This document shows positions 19,849 through 29,427 of a stretch of 32,000 nt of DNA, piece after piece. Made by a program: the position numbers and the translations under genes. The DNA is taken from NCBI GenBank assembly GCA_963675515.1, contig OY776328.1:2760001-2792000 (forward strand). Direction: 5' to 3'. The notes below the pieces were generated by a model. The model was not told where the DNA came from and did no database searches. It saw only the letters and a list, made by a program, of their open reading frames with translations. The first letter of the stretch is position 1. The number at the start of each line of letters is the position of its first letter. The stretch comes from Coprobacillaceae bacterium (GTDB lineage Bacteria > Bacillota_I > Bacilli_A > Erysipelotrichales > Coprobacillaceae).

Positions 19849-20492
19849 TGGAAAAGATCAATTATCATCAAAAGTTTTTGGAAGAACTTGAAAATATCAA
19901 AGGCAGCAAGCCCAGCCTGCTGCTTCATGCCTGCTGCGGCCCTTGTTCGACGAACATCATCGACAGCCTGAAGGACCGTTTCGAGATTACAATCTATTTC
20001 ACCAACTCCAACATCTATCCTAGCGATGAATATTACCGCCGCAAGGATGAGCTGTTTGATTTCGTCGGTTCCTACAACCACAAGAACAACACGAATATTC
20101 ATGTTGTATCCGACGGTTATGAACCGGAAATCTTCATGTGTCAGTTGGGTGTATATGGGAATGTCAAGGAAGGTGGCAAACGCTGTTATCTTTGTTACCA
20201 GCTGCGGATGGAAAAGGCCTACAAATATGCCAACCGCAACAATTTCGATTACTTTACGACAACTCTTAGCGTTTCCCCGCACAAGAACAGCCAGTGGATC
20301 AACCAGATCGGCGAGATGGTTGCTACCAAGAATACCAAGTGGCTCTACAGCGACTTCAAGAAGGACAACGGCTATCAAAAATCATGCGCCATAGCCAGCG
20401 ACTACGAGCTATATCGCCAGAACTACTGCGGCTGCATCTATTCCTACGAACAGATGCTTGCATATAAAGAACAAAAAGATACCGAAGAGTAA
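19848..20492 (+). CDS. queH: Epoxyqueuosine reductase QueH (DUF208 family)
   Basis: ORF track, 214 aa. Contains HACCGPCS, CYLCY, TTTLSVSPHKN and NYCGC Cys motifs. Its ATG overlaps the queA TGA (TGATG). Confidence 0.85.
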   Translation: MEKINYHQKFLEELENIKGSKPSLLLHACCGPCSTNIIDSLKDRFEITIYFTNSNIYPSDEYYRRKDELFDFVGSYNHKNNTNIHVVSDGYEPEIFMCQLGVYGNVKEGGKRCYLCYQLRMEKAYKYANRNNFDYFTTTLSVSPHKNSQWINQIGEMVATKNTKWLYSDFKKDNGYQKSCAIASDYELYRQNYCGCIYSYEQMLAYKEQKDTEE

Positions 20493-20512
20493 ACTCTCCG
20501 GTATCTTTTCTA
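20477..20512 (+). terminator. Rho-independent terminator of the queuosine operon
   Basis: AGATACCGAAGAG-taaa-CTCTCCGGTATCT followed by TTTC. It overlaps the queH stop. Confidence 0.75.
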
Positions 20513-20862
20513 TATGGATGAAACAGGATGGTGGGTATTAAAACAGAATTTTTATACCAGGCAATGAACAGCCTTGGATGGCAAGCCAAGACCATTCATC
20601 GGCCGGTAATGATTGTAAACAAACTTGTTTCCTGATAGTGGCGATGGGTTCTCACAGCCAGGACACATTATCAAATCTTTTATTCTTGGAGAGTTGTCGT
20701 TGCTAAGGAGAGATGAACCGTGGTGGCGTTGCATCAGACCTCGGCCAGATTTTAATGATTTTTCGCAATTGATGCGAGTCAAGCTTGCGTCTAGCCATTG
20801 AGCATTTTCCAGTTAAGCTGATCATGATGCCGATTGCCTGAGCTGACAATCGATCTTACGGC

Positions 20863-21285
20863 CTAATCGAGAATCCTGACCCCTGTCACCTCGCCATAAT
20901 CATCGAGGATCAAATCAACCAGGATGGTATCTTGGACATCAAGCTCTTGACCCCAGTTCCCCAGTGCTGGAGCATTGTAGGTGGCATTGAACTTCACCCC
21001 TTTGAATTCTCCCGCTGCAATCTTTACCGTAAGGTACTGAGTTCTTCGGGCTGCGAGTCCCTCAGCTTCCATGTCGCTGGTTTGGATTGCAACAACCTGG
21101 GCTTCCACTTCATGGAGCACACTGCCGTCATAGGTGGCGAAGCTACGATGATCGATCAGTTCAACGGCAACAAGGTTCAACAATATGAATAAGACAATGG
21201 CAAGCAATTTGTTTTGTGTGATTTTCATTATTTTGATTTCTTTGTAGCTTAATTCAATTTCCATATCTTTACACAATATCTCCAT
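20863..21285 (-). CDS. Signal-anchored protein resembling the N-terminal extracytoplasmic domain of YibE/F-family proteins; probably a truncated gene
   Basis: ORF track, 140 aa. The start is uncertain (21285, 21264 or 21228; none has a good SD). MKITQNKLLAIVLFILLNLVA, then ...YLTVKIAAGEFKGVKFNATYN...VQDTILVDL. The membrane domain expected downstream is missing. Confidence 0.45.
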   Translation of the reverse strand: MEILCKDMEIELSYKEIKIMKITQNKLLAIVLFILLNLVAVELIDHRSFATYDGSVLHEVEAQVVAIQTSDMEAEGLAARRTQYLTVKIAAGEFKGVKFNATYNAPALGNWGQELDVQDTILVDLILDDYGEVTGVRILD

Positions 21286-21729
21286 TCAGACAATCATTAT
21301 GGCTTACCGGAAATGGGAATTGTTTTCCAACCGGTAACATCTTGATCGCTGCCCCTAAGCTTGATTGCTTTATTGCATTATCAGCACTTGTCAAAACTGA
21401 TTGCAGACGCGTTTTCCCTTTCGATCATCTCGCTGTCCCTAAGACACCTTGATATTAACGAAATGGACATGTTAAGTCAAGTTAAGTAAAATTAACCGCT
21501 CAAATCATCCGCTAAATAACCAGCTTGAAATGGTGCTTTTATTTGATTGATCCTGCCACATGGACACCAATTGAGATAATTATCAGTTTGCAGTGCCGCT
21601 AGAATTATCACAAACTTAACAGTATCTTAATCGGGGCCAAGACAAACTTTCAAAATATTTACAAAATGAAAAGCCCCCTGTTTCCAAGGAGCCAAAACAA
21701 CCGGATGTCATCAAATTTAAGCGACATTA

Positions 21730-21885
21730 TTATTTGTCTTTCTTAGGTTTATCTTTATGAGACTTTTCAATAACCTCTTCCAGTTTGCTTTTGTCGGGAT
21801 CTTGATCGACCTTGTCGTCAATATCTTCCATCTTGTCAAGATTGCCAATTACCCGGTTTTTTTCATCTTTCTTATTGTCGAACAT
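21730..21885 (-). CDS. Hypothetical 51-aa highly charged protein
   Basis: Below the ORF-track size cutoff. My translation is MFDNKKDEKNRVIGNLDKMEDIDDKVDQDPDKSKLEEVIEKSHKDKPKKDK. Strong SD AAGGAGGG 6 nt upstream. A terminator-like hairpin plus T-run lies downstream (comp 21663-21693). Confidence 0.5.
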   Translation of the reverse strand: MFDNKKDEKNRVIGNLDKMEDIDDKVDQDPDKSKLEEVIEKSHKDKPKKDK

Positions 21886-22600
21886 ATTAAACCCTCCTTG
21901 TAATCTTATTCTAACTATATTTTACCATATCACCGGGAGCAATAACAATAGTTTCAAAAAAGACGACAAAGGTTACCTAATCAAATTCCCACTCAACTGC
22001 AGGTTCCCGGTACGCTACTGCCAGCGGCTTTTTGAACCGGCCGTACGAAAAGATGGCCAAGGCAATCCAGATTATTGCAAACGCCGCCAGGTCGACCATT
22101 GCAGTGCATCATGGCACAACAAAGCACCTATAAGCATCGATACGGTCTATGAAAGATACTCGCCAGCTCCCCTAGTTTAAGGTCACCAGGATCGGAGCCC
22201 CGCAATCTTTTCCCAAAGCTTGCAGTCGTGATACGCCAACCAAAGACTTTTAACTGCCTGATTGCAAAAGTCAAGCAGAAGGAAATGACAAATGACCATA
22301 TGAACCGGCTCACTTTAGGTATTATCTATCCTGGCCTCATTGTAGGCGATCGAAAATCCATAATATATTTACATCGATTACATATTGGCACGACTGCCTG
22401 TATCCATTCAAACGAAAAAGAAACCAGGAAACATCACCACACAAAAGATGCTGGCAAAGTATTTTCCCCAACTATCCCCCAAAGCAGTCAAGGACCAAAA
22501 AAGGAATCCATAGACAAAAACAAATTGTCTGCGGATCCCTTTTCCGGACCAGTGATGACTCACCCGCTGCTTATCTGACGCTTATTTTTATTGAATTCCA

Positions 22601-22900
22601 CTAAATATTGAATTCATAATCAATAGCAGTGACTTTAAGCATTTCAGGACCTTCATGGAATAATTTCAGATGTTCCTTTGAAGCCGGATAAGCTTCCAGG
22701 TCTTGCATGTTTTTGAAATCGATTATTTGGATAACATCTCCAAAATCCGGTCCCTTTCCTCCGCCTGAAGGATATGTTATATTGTTTCCAACCTGATTAT
22801 TGATTATGAGCTCATTGTTCCCTATCTCATTCAATAACATCATTAACCTGTCAACTTCATTTTTATTCTTCAATGTGAAAATTGAAATATGTCTGTACAT
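22601..22900 (-). CDS. Dabb (stress-responsive dimeric alpha/beta barrel) domain protein
   Basis: ORF track, 99 aa. HISIFTLKNK...QIIDFKNMQDLEAYPASKEHLKL is typical of Dabb-domain proteins. Confidence 0.7.
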   Translation of the reverse strand: MYRHISIFTLKNKNEVDRLMMLLNEIGNNELIINNQVGNNITYPSGGGKGPDFGDVIQIIDFKNMQDLEAYPASKEHLKLFHEGPEMLKVTAIDYEFNI

Positions 22901-22953
22901 TTTTATATCCCCCTATCCAATGTGTGGATAGTCAACACTTTTTTAGACAATTT

Positions 22954-23733
22954 TTATAAGGACAGCCTGTATTGTACGGGTGTTTTGTAATTAAGGCTCC
23001 CATGCTTCCTTTTGTTGTTGAACCAGTTGACATAATCATACAGTTCCAATGACAATTCGTCGATACTGCGGAATTGTCGATTGAATGCGAATTCTGTTTT
23101 GAGTATTTTATACATTGATTCTGATACCGCGTTATCAATCGGTTTTCCTTTGGCACTCAACGATCTCTTGATTCCATGCAATGCCAATATCCCATCAATC
23201 ATCTCGTTTTTGAACTCCGATCCTCGGTCTGAATGAAATATCTCGACATCACTGAGATCACTTTTTATATCGTTTAATGCCTTAATAACCAAGTTGGCGT
23301 CTTTGTTTTGACCACTAGATTTACCAACGATTTCACGATTGTACAAATCAATTATCAGACAAATATAGTTCCATTTTCCAGCCACCTTGATGTAGGTCAA
23401 GTCGCTGGTTAAATATTGCATTGGCCGCTCTGCTTGGAATTTTCTATTGATCATATTTTCAATATCGTCATTATTTACTTTGCCATAATGCTTTGGTCGT
23501 TGCTTGATGGTGTATTTACTAATCAAGCCGTATTTGTCCATGATTTGAGCAATTTTTCTTCTGCTGGCAACCATGTTTAAATCATCCAAGTCATCTTTTA
23601 TCTTGCGTGTTCCATAATTCTTCTTGCTGTTTTTGAATGATTTTATTACTTCATCTTCAAGCTTCGAATCCACTTTACGCCCTTTGGGTTTGTAGTAGAG
23701 AGTTGCCCGAGAGATTTTCAAGACTTTGCACAT
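22954..23733 (-). CDS. IS3-family transposase OrfB (copy B)
   Basis: ORF track, 259 aa, identical to copy A except the third-from-last residue. The slippery heptamer is at comp 23805-23811. Confidence 0.9.
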   Translation of the reverse strand: MCKVLKISRATLYYKPKGRKVDSKLEDEVIKSFKNSKKNYGTRKIKDDLDDLNMVASRRKIAQIMDKYGLISKYTIKQRPKHYGKVNNDDIENMINRKFQAERPMQYLTSDLTYIKVAGKWNYICLIIDLYNREIVGKSSGQNKDANLVIKALNDIKSDLSDVEIFHSDRGSEFKNEMIDGILALHGIKRSLSAKGKPIDNAVSESMYKILKTEFAFNRQFRSIDELSLELYDYVNWFNNKRKHGSLNYKTPVQYRLSL

Positions 23734-23768
23734 AGCGCTGATAGAGTATTTGTGTTTATTGGCAAAGA

Positions 23769-24062
23769 TTACTTGTCTTTTCGTCCCATTATCAGCGCCG
23801 CTTGCTTTAAAATATCATTTTCCATCTTCAGTCGTTCGTTTTCTTTTTGGAGCTTGATAAGCGCCTTGTCATGATCTGATCGATTGTCGGCTTCAGTAAA
23901 CGAACCCGTGTCATTGAAGCGTTTAACCCATTTATTGAACGCTGAAGCTGTCAAATCGTATTCACGGATTATTTCCGCTCTGGGTTTCCCATTGTTGTAA
24001 AGTTGAACCATTTTGATTCTGAATTCATCGGTGTAAGTACGTTTAGGTCTGCGTTTTGTCAT
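23769..24062 (-). CDS. IS3-family transposase OrfA (copy B)
   Basis: Identical protein to 8498-8791. Confidence 0.9.
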   Translation of the reverse strand: MTKRRPKRTYTDEFRIKMVQLYNNGKPRAEIIREYDLTASAFNKWVKRFNDTGSFTEADNRSDHDKALIKLQKENERLKMENDILKQAALIMGRKDK

Positions 24063-24096
24063 TTTGAATATCCTCCACAAATTTAACAAGATTTTA

Positions 24097-24900
24097 TCAT
24101 GTCCTTATAATCTTGTCTAATTTATTGTAACCTATCCAGTGCATTCCACCGTCGATAAATATCTTTTGTCCTGTTGTGTGACTCGACAAATCAGAACACA
24201 ACCACAAGACAGCATTTGACACTTCTTGAGTATCCGCAAATTTCTTCATTGGAATGACATGTTCTATTAAATTTGCCCCTTGGCTTGGATCTGAAGAAAT
24301 TGTGTTGTTTGTAAGTTCAGTTCCACTGGTTGGACCTGGACAAATCGCATTGACTCTTATGCCGAATCGGGCATTTTCCAATGCCGCCATTTCCGTTAGA
24401 GCCAATACTGCCGCTTTAGCGGGCCCATATGCAGCGAAACCTGGGGCCATTTTATATCCCCCAATGGAAGAAGTGTTGACAATCGATCCAAATCCTTGTT
24501 TTTGCATTTGAATCAATTCATATTTCAAACAAAGGAACACTCCTTTCATATCAACATCAACAACCAAATCCCATGTTTTTTCAGAAATTTCCGTCAATGA
24601 CTCATAGGGCATACGAACACCATCCGGACCAATTCCTGCATTATTAAACGCGCAATCAATTCTTCCATATTTGTTCACAACATAAGCTATTGCTCTTCTC
24701 ACTTGTTCATCATCAGAAACATCACATTTGACATATTCGGCATTATTTCCGATTTCATCAATTGCTTTGTTTGCGATTTCATCATTGTCTACTGTTAATG
24801 CAACAACTGTTGCTCCCTTTTTTGAGAATTCAATCGCCGTCGTTTTCCCGATGCCGCTTGTTCCTCCGGTAATAACAACTATCTTGTCTTTAAAATTCAT
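24097..24900 (-). CDS. Short-chain dehydrogenase/reductase; the last 14 codons are supplied by the inserted IS
   Basis: MNFKDKIVVITGGTSGIGK (SD GGAGGA), NNAG, S...Y..AK catalytic motif, IFIDGGMH. Native sequence ends at 24139. The 48-codon upstream extension in the ORF track is unlikely. Confidence 0.85.
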   Translation of the reverse strand: MNFKDKIVVITGGTSGIGKTTAIEFSKKGATVVALTVDNDEIANKAIDEIGNNAEYVKCDVSDDEQVRRAIAYVVNKYGRIDCAFNNAGIGPDGVRMPYESLTEISEKTWDLVVDVDMKGVFLCLKYELIQMQKQGFGSIVNTSSIGGYKMAPGFAAYGPAKAAVLALTEMAALENARFGIRVNAICPGPTSGTELTNNTISSDPSQGANLIEHVIPMKKFADTQEVSNAVLWLCSDLSSHTTGQKIFIDGGMHWIGYNKLDKIIRT

Positions 24901-25136
24901 TTTTTCCTCCTTCAAATACCTTCTGGCTGATTGTGATAACGCAGGATCATCCGCTTCAATAATGGATGCGATATGTTGAAGCAACGCCTCAATCGCCAAA
25001 TCCTGTTCACCATGTTTCCTTTGATATATTGTCATTGCGTTCACTCAACCGATTCCATCCAAACGCCGCCATATCGGAATAATCCGACAGATAGAATCGA
25101 CAGTGTCTATTTGAGAGCAACATTTTTTCGATTAAT

Positions 25137-25598
<462 letters not shown>

Positions 25599-25647
25599 TC
25601 AATGTGGTAGAATGTCATAAACTAAAAATTATGATGGAGATCGAGAT

Positions 25648-25938
25648 ATGAGTAGACCAATTTATACAGATGAATTCAAACAAGGCGTTGTTCAGTATGT
25701 TGCTGATCACCCTGAAGAATCCAAAATAGCTGTTTCCAAGCGTTTTGGAATTTCGGATGCCACGATTCACAAATGGCTCAAAGACGCTGGTGCAAATAAT
25801 GGGGTTGTTGCTTCAAGAGGTAGCGGGAATTTTTCCAGCGATGAAGCAAAAGAAATTGCGAGACTGAAGAAAGAACTCAAGGATACCAAGGATGCGCTAG
25901 ATGTCCTAAAAAAGGCTATTGGCATACTGGGGAAATAA
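25648..25938 (+). CDS. IS3-family transposase OrfA
   Basis: ORF track, 96 aa. MSRPIYTDEFKQGVVQYV...ISDATIHKWLK HTH plus a zipper. SD GGAG. Confidence 0.9.
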   Translation: MSRPIYTDEFKQGVVQYVADHPEESKIAVSKRFGISDATIHKWLKDAGANNGVVASRGSGNFSSDEAKEIARLKKELKDTKDALDVLKKAIGILGK

Positions 25939-26003
25939 CAAAACAGGAAATCTACGCCGCAGTAGAAGAACAAGGCAAAACAGCCAAAATTTCTGTTTCC
26001 AGT

Positions 26004-26825
26004 GTGCTAAACAAACTAGGAGTAAGCAAATCAGGATATTACAATTATTTGAAAAGAACACCATCAAAGCAAAAGGTCAGAAAAGCCATTCTAGCAAAGG
26101 AAATCAAGGAAATACATGACGATTCCAAGCAGATCTACGGCGCCCCTAAAATAACTGAATTGCTTCGAAAATCAGGCCATAAAATCAGTGAAAAATATGT
26201 GGGCAATATTATGAGAGAAAACAACATGAGAGCCCACTATATCCGACCTTATACAGTGACCACCAAAGATTGTGACTTTTCAAATAAACTTAGAAATATC
26301 CTTAAACGTGATTTTAACCCCGAAAAACCTAATGGTGCCTGGTGTACCGATATTACTTATGTGTGGACTCAGGATGACGGATTTGTATACCTGACCAGCA
26401 TAATGGATCTTTATTCTAGGCGGATAATTGCCTGGACATTGAGCGACACCTTAAGTTCCGAGGCAGTGCTTAAATGCCTGGCGGAAGCCAAACAGAGACG
26501 TAACACAGATGACCCTATTGTCATACATTCTGACCGAGGTGTGCAATTTACTTCGAAACTATTCAAGGAAATGACTGAAGATATGGTTACCAGCTACTCC
26601 GACAAAGGTAACCCTTGGGATAACGCTTGTATCGAATCTTTTCACGCACTAATCAAGCGAGAATGGACAAATCGTTTTATAATACAAGATTATCACCATG
26701 CTTATCGCATAATATTTGAATATATTGAAGGGTTCTATAACACGGTGCGAATACATTCACACTGTGGATATTTATCACCAAATCAATTTGAAAAGAATTA
26801 CATTAACCTAAGCAAGGCAAGTTAA
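26004..26825 (+). CDS. IS3-family transposase OrfB (DDE), -1 frame; the OrfAB fusion is expected via 25908-25914
   Basis: ORF track, 273 aa. Contains WCTDITYV, HSDRGVQFTS and DNACIESF. Confidence 0.9.
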   Translation: MLNKLGVSKSGYYNYLKRTPSKQKVRKAILAKEIKEIHDDSKQIYGAPKITELLRKSGHKISEKYVGNIMRENNMRAHYIRPYTVTTKDCDFSNKLRNILKRDFNPEKPNGAWCTDITYVWTQDDGFVYLTSIMDLYSRRIIAWTLSDTLSSEAVLKCLAEAKQRRNTDDPIVIHSDRGVQFTSKLFKEMTEDMVTSYSDKGNPWDNACIESFHALIKREWTNRFIIQDYHHAYRIIFEYIEGFYNTVRIHSHCGYLSPNQFEKNYINLSKAS

Positions 26826-26835
26826 ATTCTTACAT

Positions 26836-27411
26836 TTAATTTGTCCTAAATATTGACATAGTACCAGAATTGCTTTCGGACATTTCCAGGCCTGTGGCAA
26901 GGAGTTGCCCGTTATGTACGCCGACATTAAGCACCATCCAATCATTCAATTTAACAGTATCTGTTGTTTTATTCTGACGTTGGTAGCGGTCCAGGTAGAC
27001 CGTCTGGTTAAAATTGCTTGCGGCAAAGATGTATTCATCCGTAACCTGGATGCTGGTAATGTTGATCCGGTCAAACTCCACTTTTTTATTGGAACCATCT
27101 GTTAAGTCAATGTCTAATACTATCCCTAGATCTTTTTTCGTGGACAGCCCTTTCGGAATGACAAACAGATGATTTTTCTGAACGATTGGTTCAATGAATC
27201 CAACGTAATCCATAGAGCCATATGGTAGTGCCATTGAGCTTACCTCGGTAAAATCATTCTTATAAAATGTAATAATGCTTTTATTCTTTGTTCCAGTTGA
27301 CTGAATCACACCAAGATCGAACTCTGGGGAATAAGGTTTTCTGCTGGAACAAGCAGTTAACAGAAGACATAGCAGGAGTCCAAGAATCAGTATTTTTTTC
27401 AATTTACGCAC
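26836..27411 (-). pseudogene. Lipoprotein gene truncated at its 3' end by the IS (last ~10 codons are IS-derived)
   Basis: ORF track, 191 aa. Signal peptide with lipobox LLTAC; a TTG start at 27402 with SD GAGGTG is plausible. Native sequence ends at about 26867 (…LEMSESNS), and the tail GTMSIFRTN* is read from the IS terminus. Confidence 0.6.
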
Positions 27412-27804
27412 CTCGCAGATAATAGGTCTAATGGCCGTTTCATTATATCATGGAATTCTCGGGGACTTTTTTTAAATCGATGTAGAGTTTCGTATATCAA
27501 CTCTTGATGCCACGGCATTGATGAGGCATAAGAATATCGATACGGATTCGGTCGCCCGACCACAAAAAAAATTGATAAATGTATCTTTATTAATCCAGAT
27601 ACAGCTTCCTGCCCGGTATGTTAATTTACCTGGCAGGAAACCATATTTTAACAGAGTGTGCTGCAGCTTTTGTTCCTCCTCAATTGGTTAAAGGAGAATC
27701 AATAAAGCTTCCTCCCTTTGCTAAAAGAAATCAGCGCTGACATCCCTGCTACGATTGGTGGCATTTGCTTATTTTTTAATTTGCCCTATGATCAGAGCAT
27801 TTCT

Positions 27805-29094
27805 TCAATCATTTATATATTTATCATAGAGCGACTTCAGATACTGTTCCAGTTTTGATGGATCTGTCCCAAACTTTTTGACATCATGACCAAGAGTTTT
27901 TGAGGCTTCCGCTGCTGTTAGTTTATGGGTGTATTTCCCGTTGGTGATCTCCACATAGTCCAGATTTTTAATCAAACCAAGAAGTTCTGTAGAGTATTGA
28001 GAAAAGTCGATGATCTCGAATTTATCATTACTATTAGAGTAAATGACTTTTAAACCATAAGGCTGTTCCGTAGTTTTCAGTTCAAGGGTATAGTCCCCTG
28101 CGAATTCAAGCCCAGTTTCTTTGACCAGTCGACTAACTCCTGAGTTATCACCCAGATAATCCAGGCGAAGCTTATATAAATTGGCTGCTTCGTTTCTCCA
28201 AGGGATCGACTCGATGAACATAAGGGGCTCAGTGGACCTGGTCAATTTGTAATCCGCTTTCTGGCCATTCACTAGAACCTCAAGTTGAACCTTTGCTGTG
28301 GTAGAATAGTCGACCTGGTAAATATGATAGTCTGTTGCTCCAGTTATTTCAGAATCGTTGTATTCAATTCGCAATGATTCCTTAAAGAAATTTTGGAAAC
28401 CAACAGCGGCCACGCTGACATCCTTAGAAAGCCCAGTTCGATAGACGATATAATTCGATCGATTCAGATTACTTGAATTATCTTTTGGATATTGGTATTC
28501 CAGAACATAAATTCCTGTGCCGGATGCATCGCAACTTTTGAACCAATCCGATACGACCTTGTTTTCTGCAAAGTCCTGTATACGCATGCCATCAACTGAA
28601 CCAACGCTGGTCGGATGGCCGCTGCGGAAGTTGGCAAGCCCGAAAACGAGAGTGGATATGATGAGAACCGGAATAAGAATGACGGCCACCAATATCTTGC
28701 CCAGACCATTGTCTTTACGCTTTGGGAGGGTAGGAATCATTGCATCCGCAGGAATGGGTTCTCCGCAATGCGCACAGTTTTGCCAACCGGAAGCAATCGC
28801 TTTACCGCAATTGGTGCACTTAGCCTTTAAGCTCGTTCCACATTTAGGGCAAGAGGCGTATTCTTCAAGGATTGGGGCCTTACAATTGGGACATTCCAAA
28901 CTATTATAATCTGATCTAACCACCAGGTAGATGATCAAGCCAATACCGGATGGGGCCAGAGCCGCAATCAAAGTCCAAAGAGCTGCATTCATCCCACGGC
29001 TGTTAGCATCCCGATATACATAGACTCCGATGAGGATGGGGAGCACCAGAAACAGTGCTACGACAAAAATTAGGTAAAAATATGCTACATCCAT
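27805..29094 (-). CDS. Multidomain membrane protein: PLDc_N-like two-TM module, double zinc ribbon, TM helix, extracytoplasmic DUF4825-like domain
   Basis: ORF track, 429 aa. RDANSRGMNAALWTLIAALAP.GIGLIIYLVVR, then CPNC..CPKC..C.NC..CAHC, the TM helix ILVAVILIPVLIISTLVFGL and a ~270-aa C-terminal domain. Domain names are from memory. Confidence 0.75.
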   Translation of the reverse strand: MDVAYFYLIFVVALFLVLPILIGVYVYRDANSRGMNAALWTLIAALAPSGIGLIIYLVVRSDYNSLECPNCKAPILEEYASCPKCGTSLKAKCTNCGKAIASGWQNCAHCGEPIPADAMIPTLPKRKDNGLGKILVAVILIPVLIISTLVFGLANFRSGHPTSVGSVDGMRIQDFAENKVVSDWFKSCDASGTGIYVLEYQYPKDNSSNLNRSNYIVYRTGLSKDVSVAAVGFQNFFKESLRIEYNDSEITGATDYHIYQVDYSTTAKVQLEVLVNGQKADYKLTRSTEPLMFIESIPWRNEAANLYKLRLDYLGDNSGVSRLVKETGLEFAGDYTLELKTTEQPYGLKVIYSNSNDKFEIIDFSQYSTELLGLIKNLDYVEITNGKYTHKLTAAEASKTLGHDVKKFGTDPSKLEQYLKSLYDKYIND

Positions 29095-29115
29095 TTATCC
29101 ATCTTCCTTTCTGAT

Positions 29116-29427
29116 TTAGGCATTGAGTGCAAAGGGTACGGCAGAGGCTTTGCCGTAACGGTCAATGAGTTTTCTGGTAAGCAGGACAGTCAATATTCCA
29201 CTTGCCGACAGGTAAATTCCCAGGAATACGAGACAGATAACACTGGCTAGCATGGAGTATGGGGCCAGCGCAAGCGCCAGAAGAGCAAGGCTGATCAGAA
29301 GTAGATTGGACGCCGCGGCAAAAAGGAACATGCGCCGAACTTCACGGCGTTTTTGAAAAACAGCATTGAGCATCTGTTCAGTGAGTCTTGGTGGTTCGTA
29401 TTGTTCAAAATCATAGCTCAATTTCAT
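29116..29427 (-). CDS. Small membrane protein (two to three TM helices) translationally coupled to the ECF sigma gene; candidate anti-sigma component
   Basis: ORF track, 103 aa. Its start overlaps the sigma gene end by 17 nt. It has a hydrophobic core and no ZAS motif. Confidence 0.6.
   Translation of the reverse strand: MKLSYDFEQYEPPRLTEQMLNAVFQKRREVRRMFLFAAASNLLLISLALLALALAPYSMLASVICLVFLGIYLSASGILTVLLTRKLIDRYGKASAVPFALNA

Larger units (their letters stand above)
22925..24138 (-). mobile_element. IS3-family insertion sequence, copy B (1214 bp), flanked by a 3-bp target duplication GTG
   Basis: Reverse complement of copy A. OrfA is identical and OrfB differs at one residue (L vs M; g22965 vs a9595). 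GTG at 22922-22924 and at 24139-24141. Confidence 0.9.

Noticed and set aside
19788-20378. A 196-aa minus-strand ORF, plus a 122-aa alternative-frame ORF, overlapping queH.
   Set aside because: QueH is strongly supported by its Cys motifs and by translational coupling to queA. The overlapping ORFs are frame shadows.
24901-25044. A 48-codon N-terminal extension of the SDR. Similar extensions occur at 14523-14597, 16110-16145, 29903-29953 and 31945-31992.
   Set aside because: Each internal start has a strong SD and gives the canonical family N-terminus. The extended starts lack an SD, or use TTG, or overlap promoter elements.
27412-27804. A possible small gene or terminator in the 390-bp gap, including the hairpin TTCCTGCC-n18-GGCAGGAA at about 27607-27640.
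   Set aside because: The hairpin has no convincing T-run on either strand. The only long open frame lacks an ATG/GTG/TTG start with an SD. Left unannotated.
28464-28909. ORFs of 81, 130 and 71 aa overlapping the zinc-ribbon membrane protein gene.
   Set aside because: They are shadow frames of the 429-aa gene.
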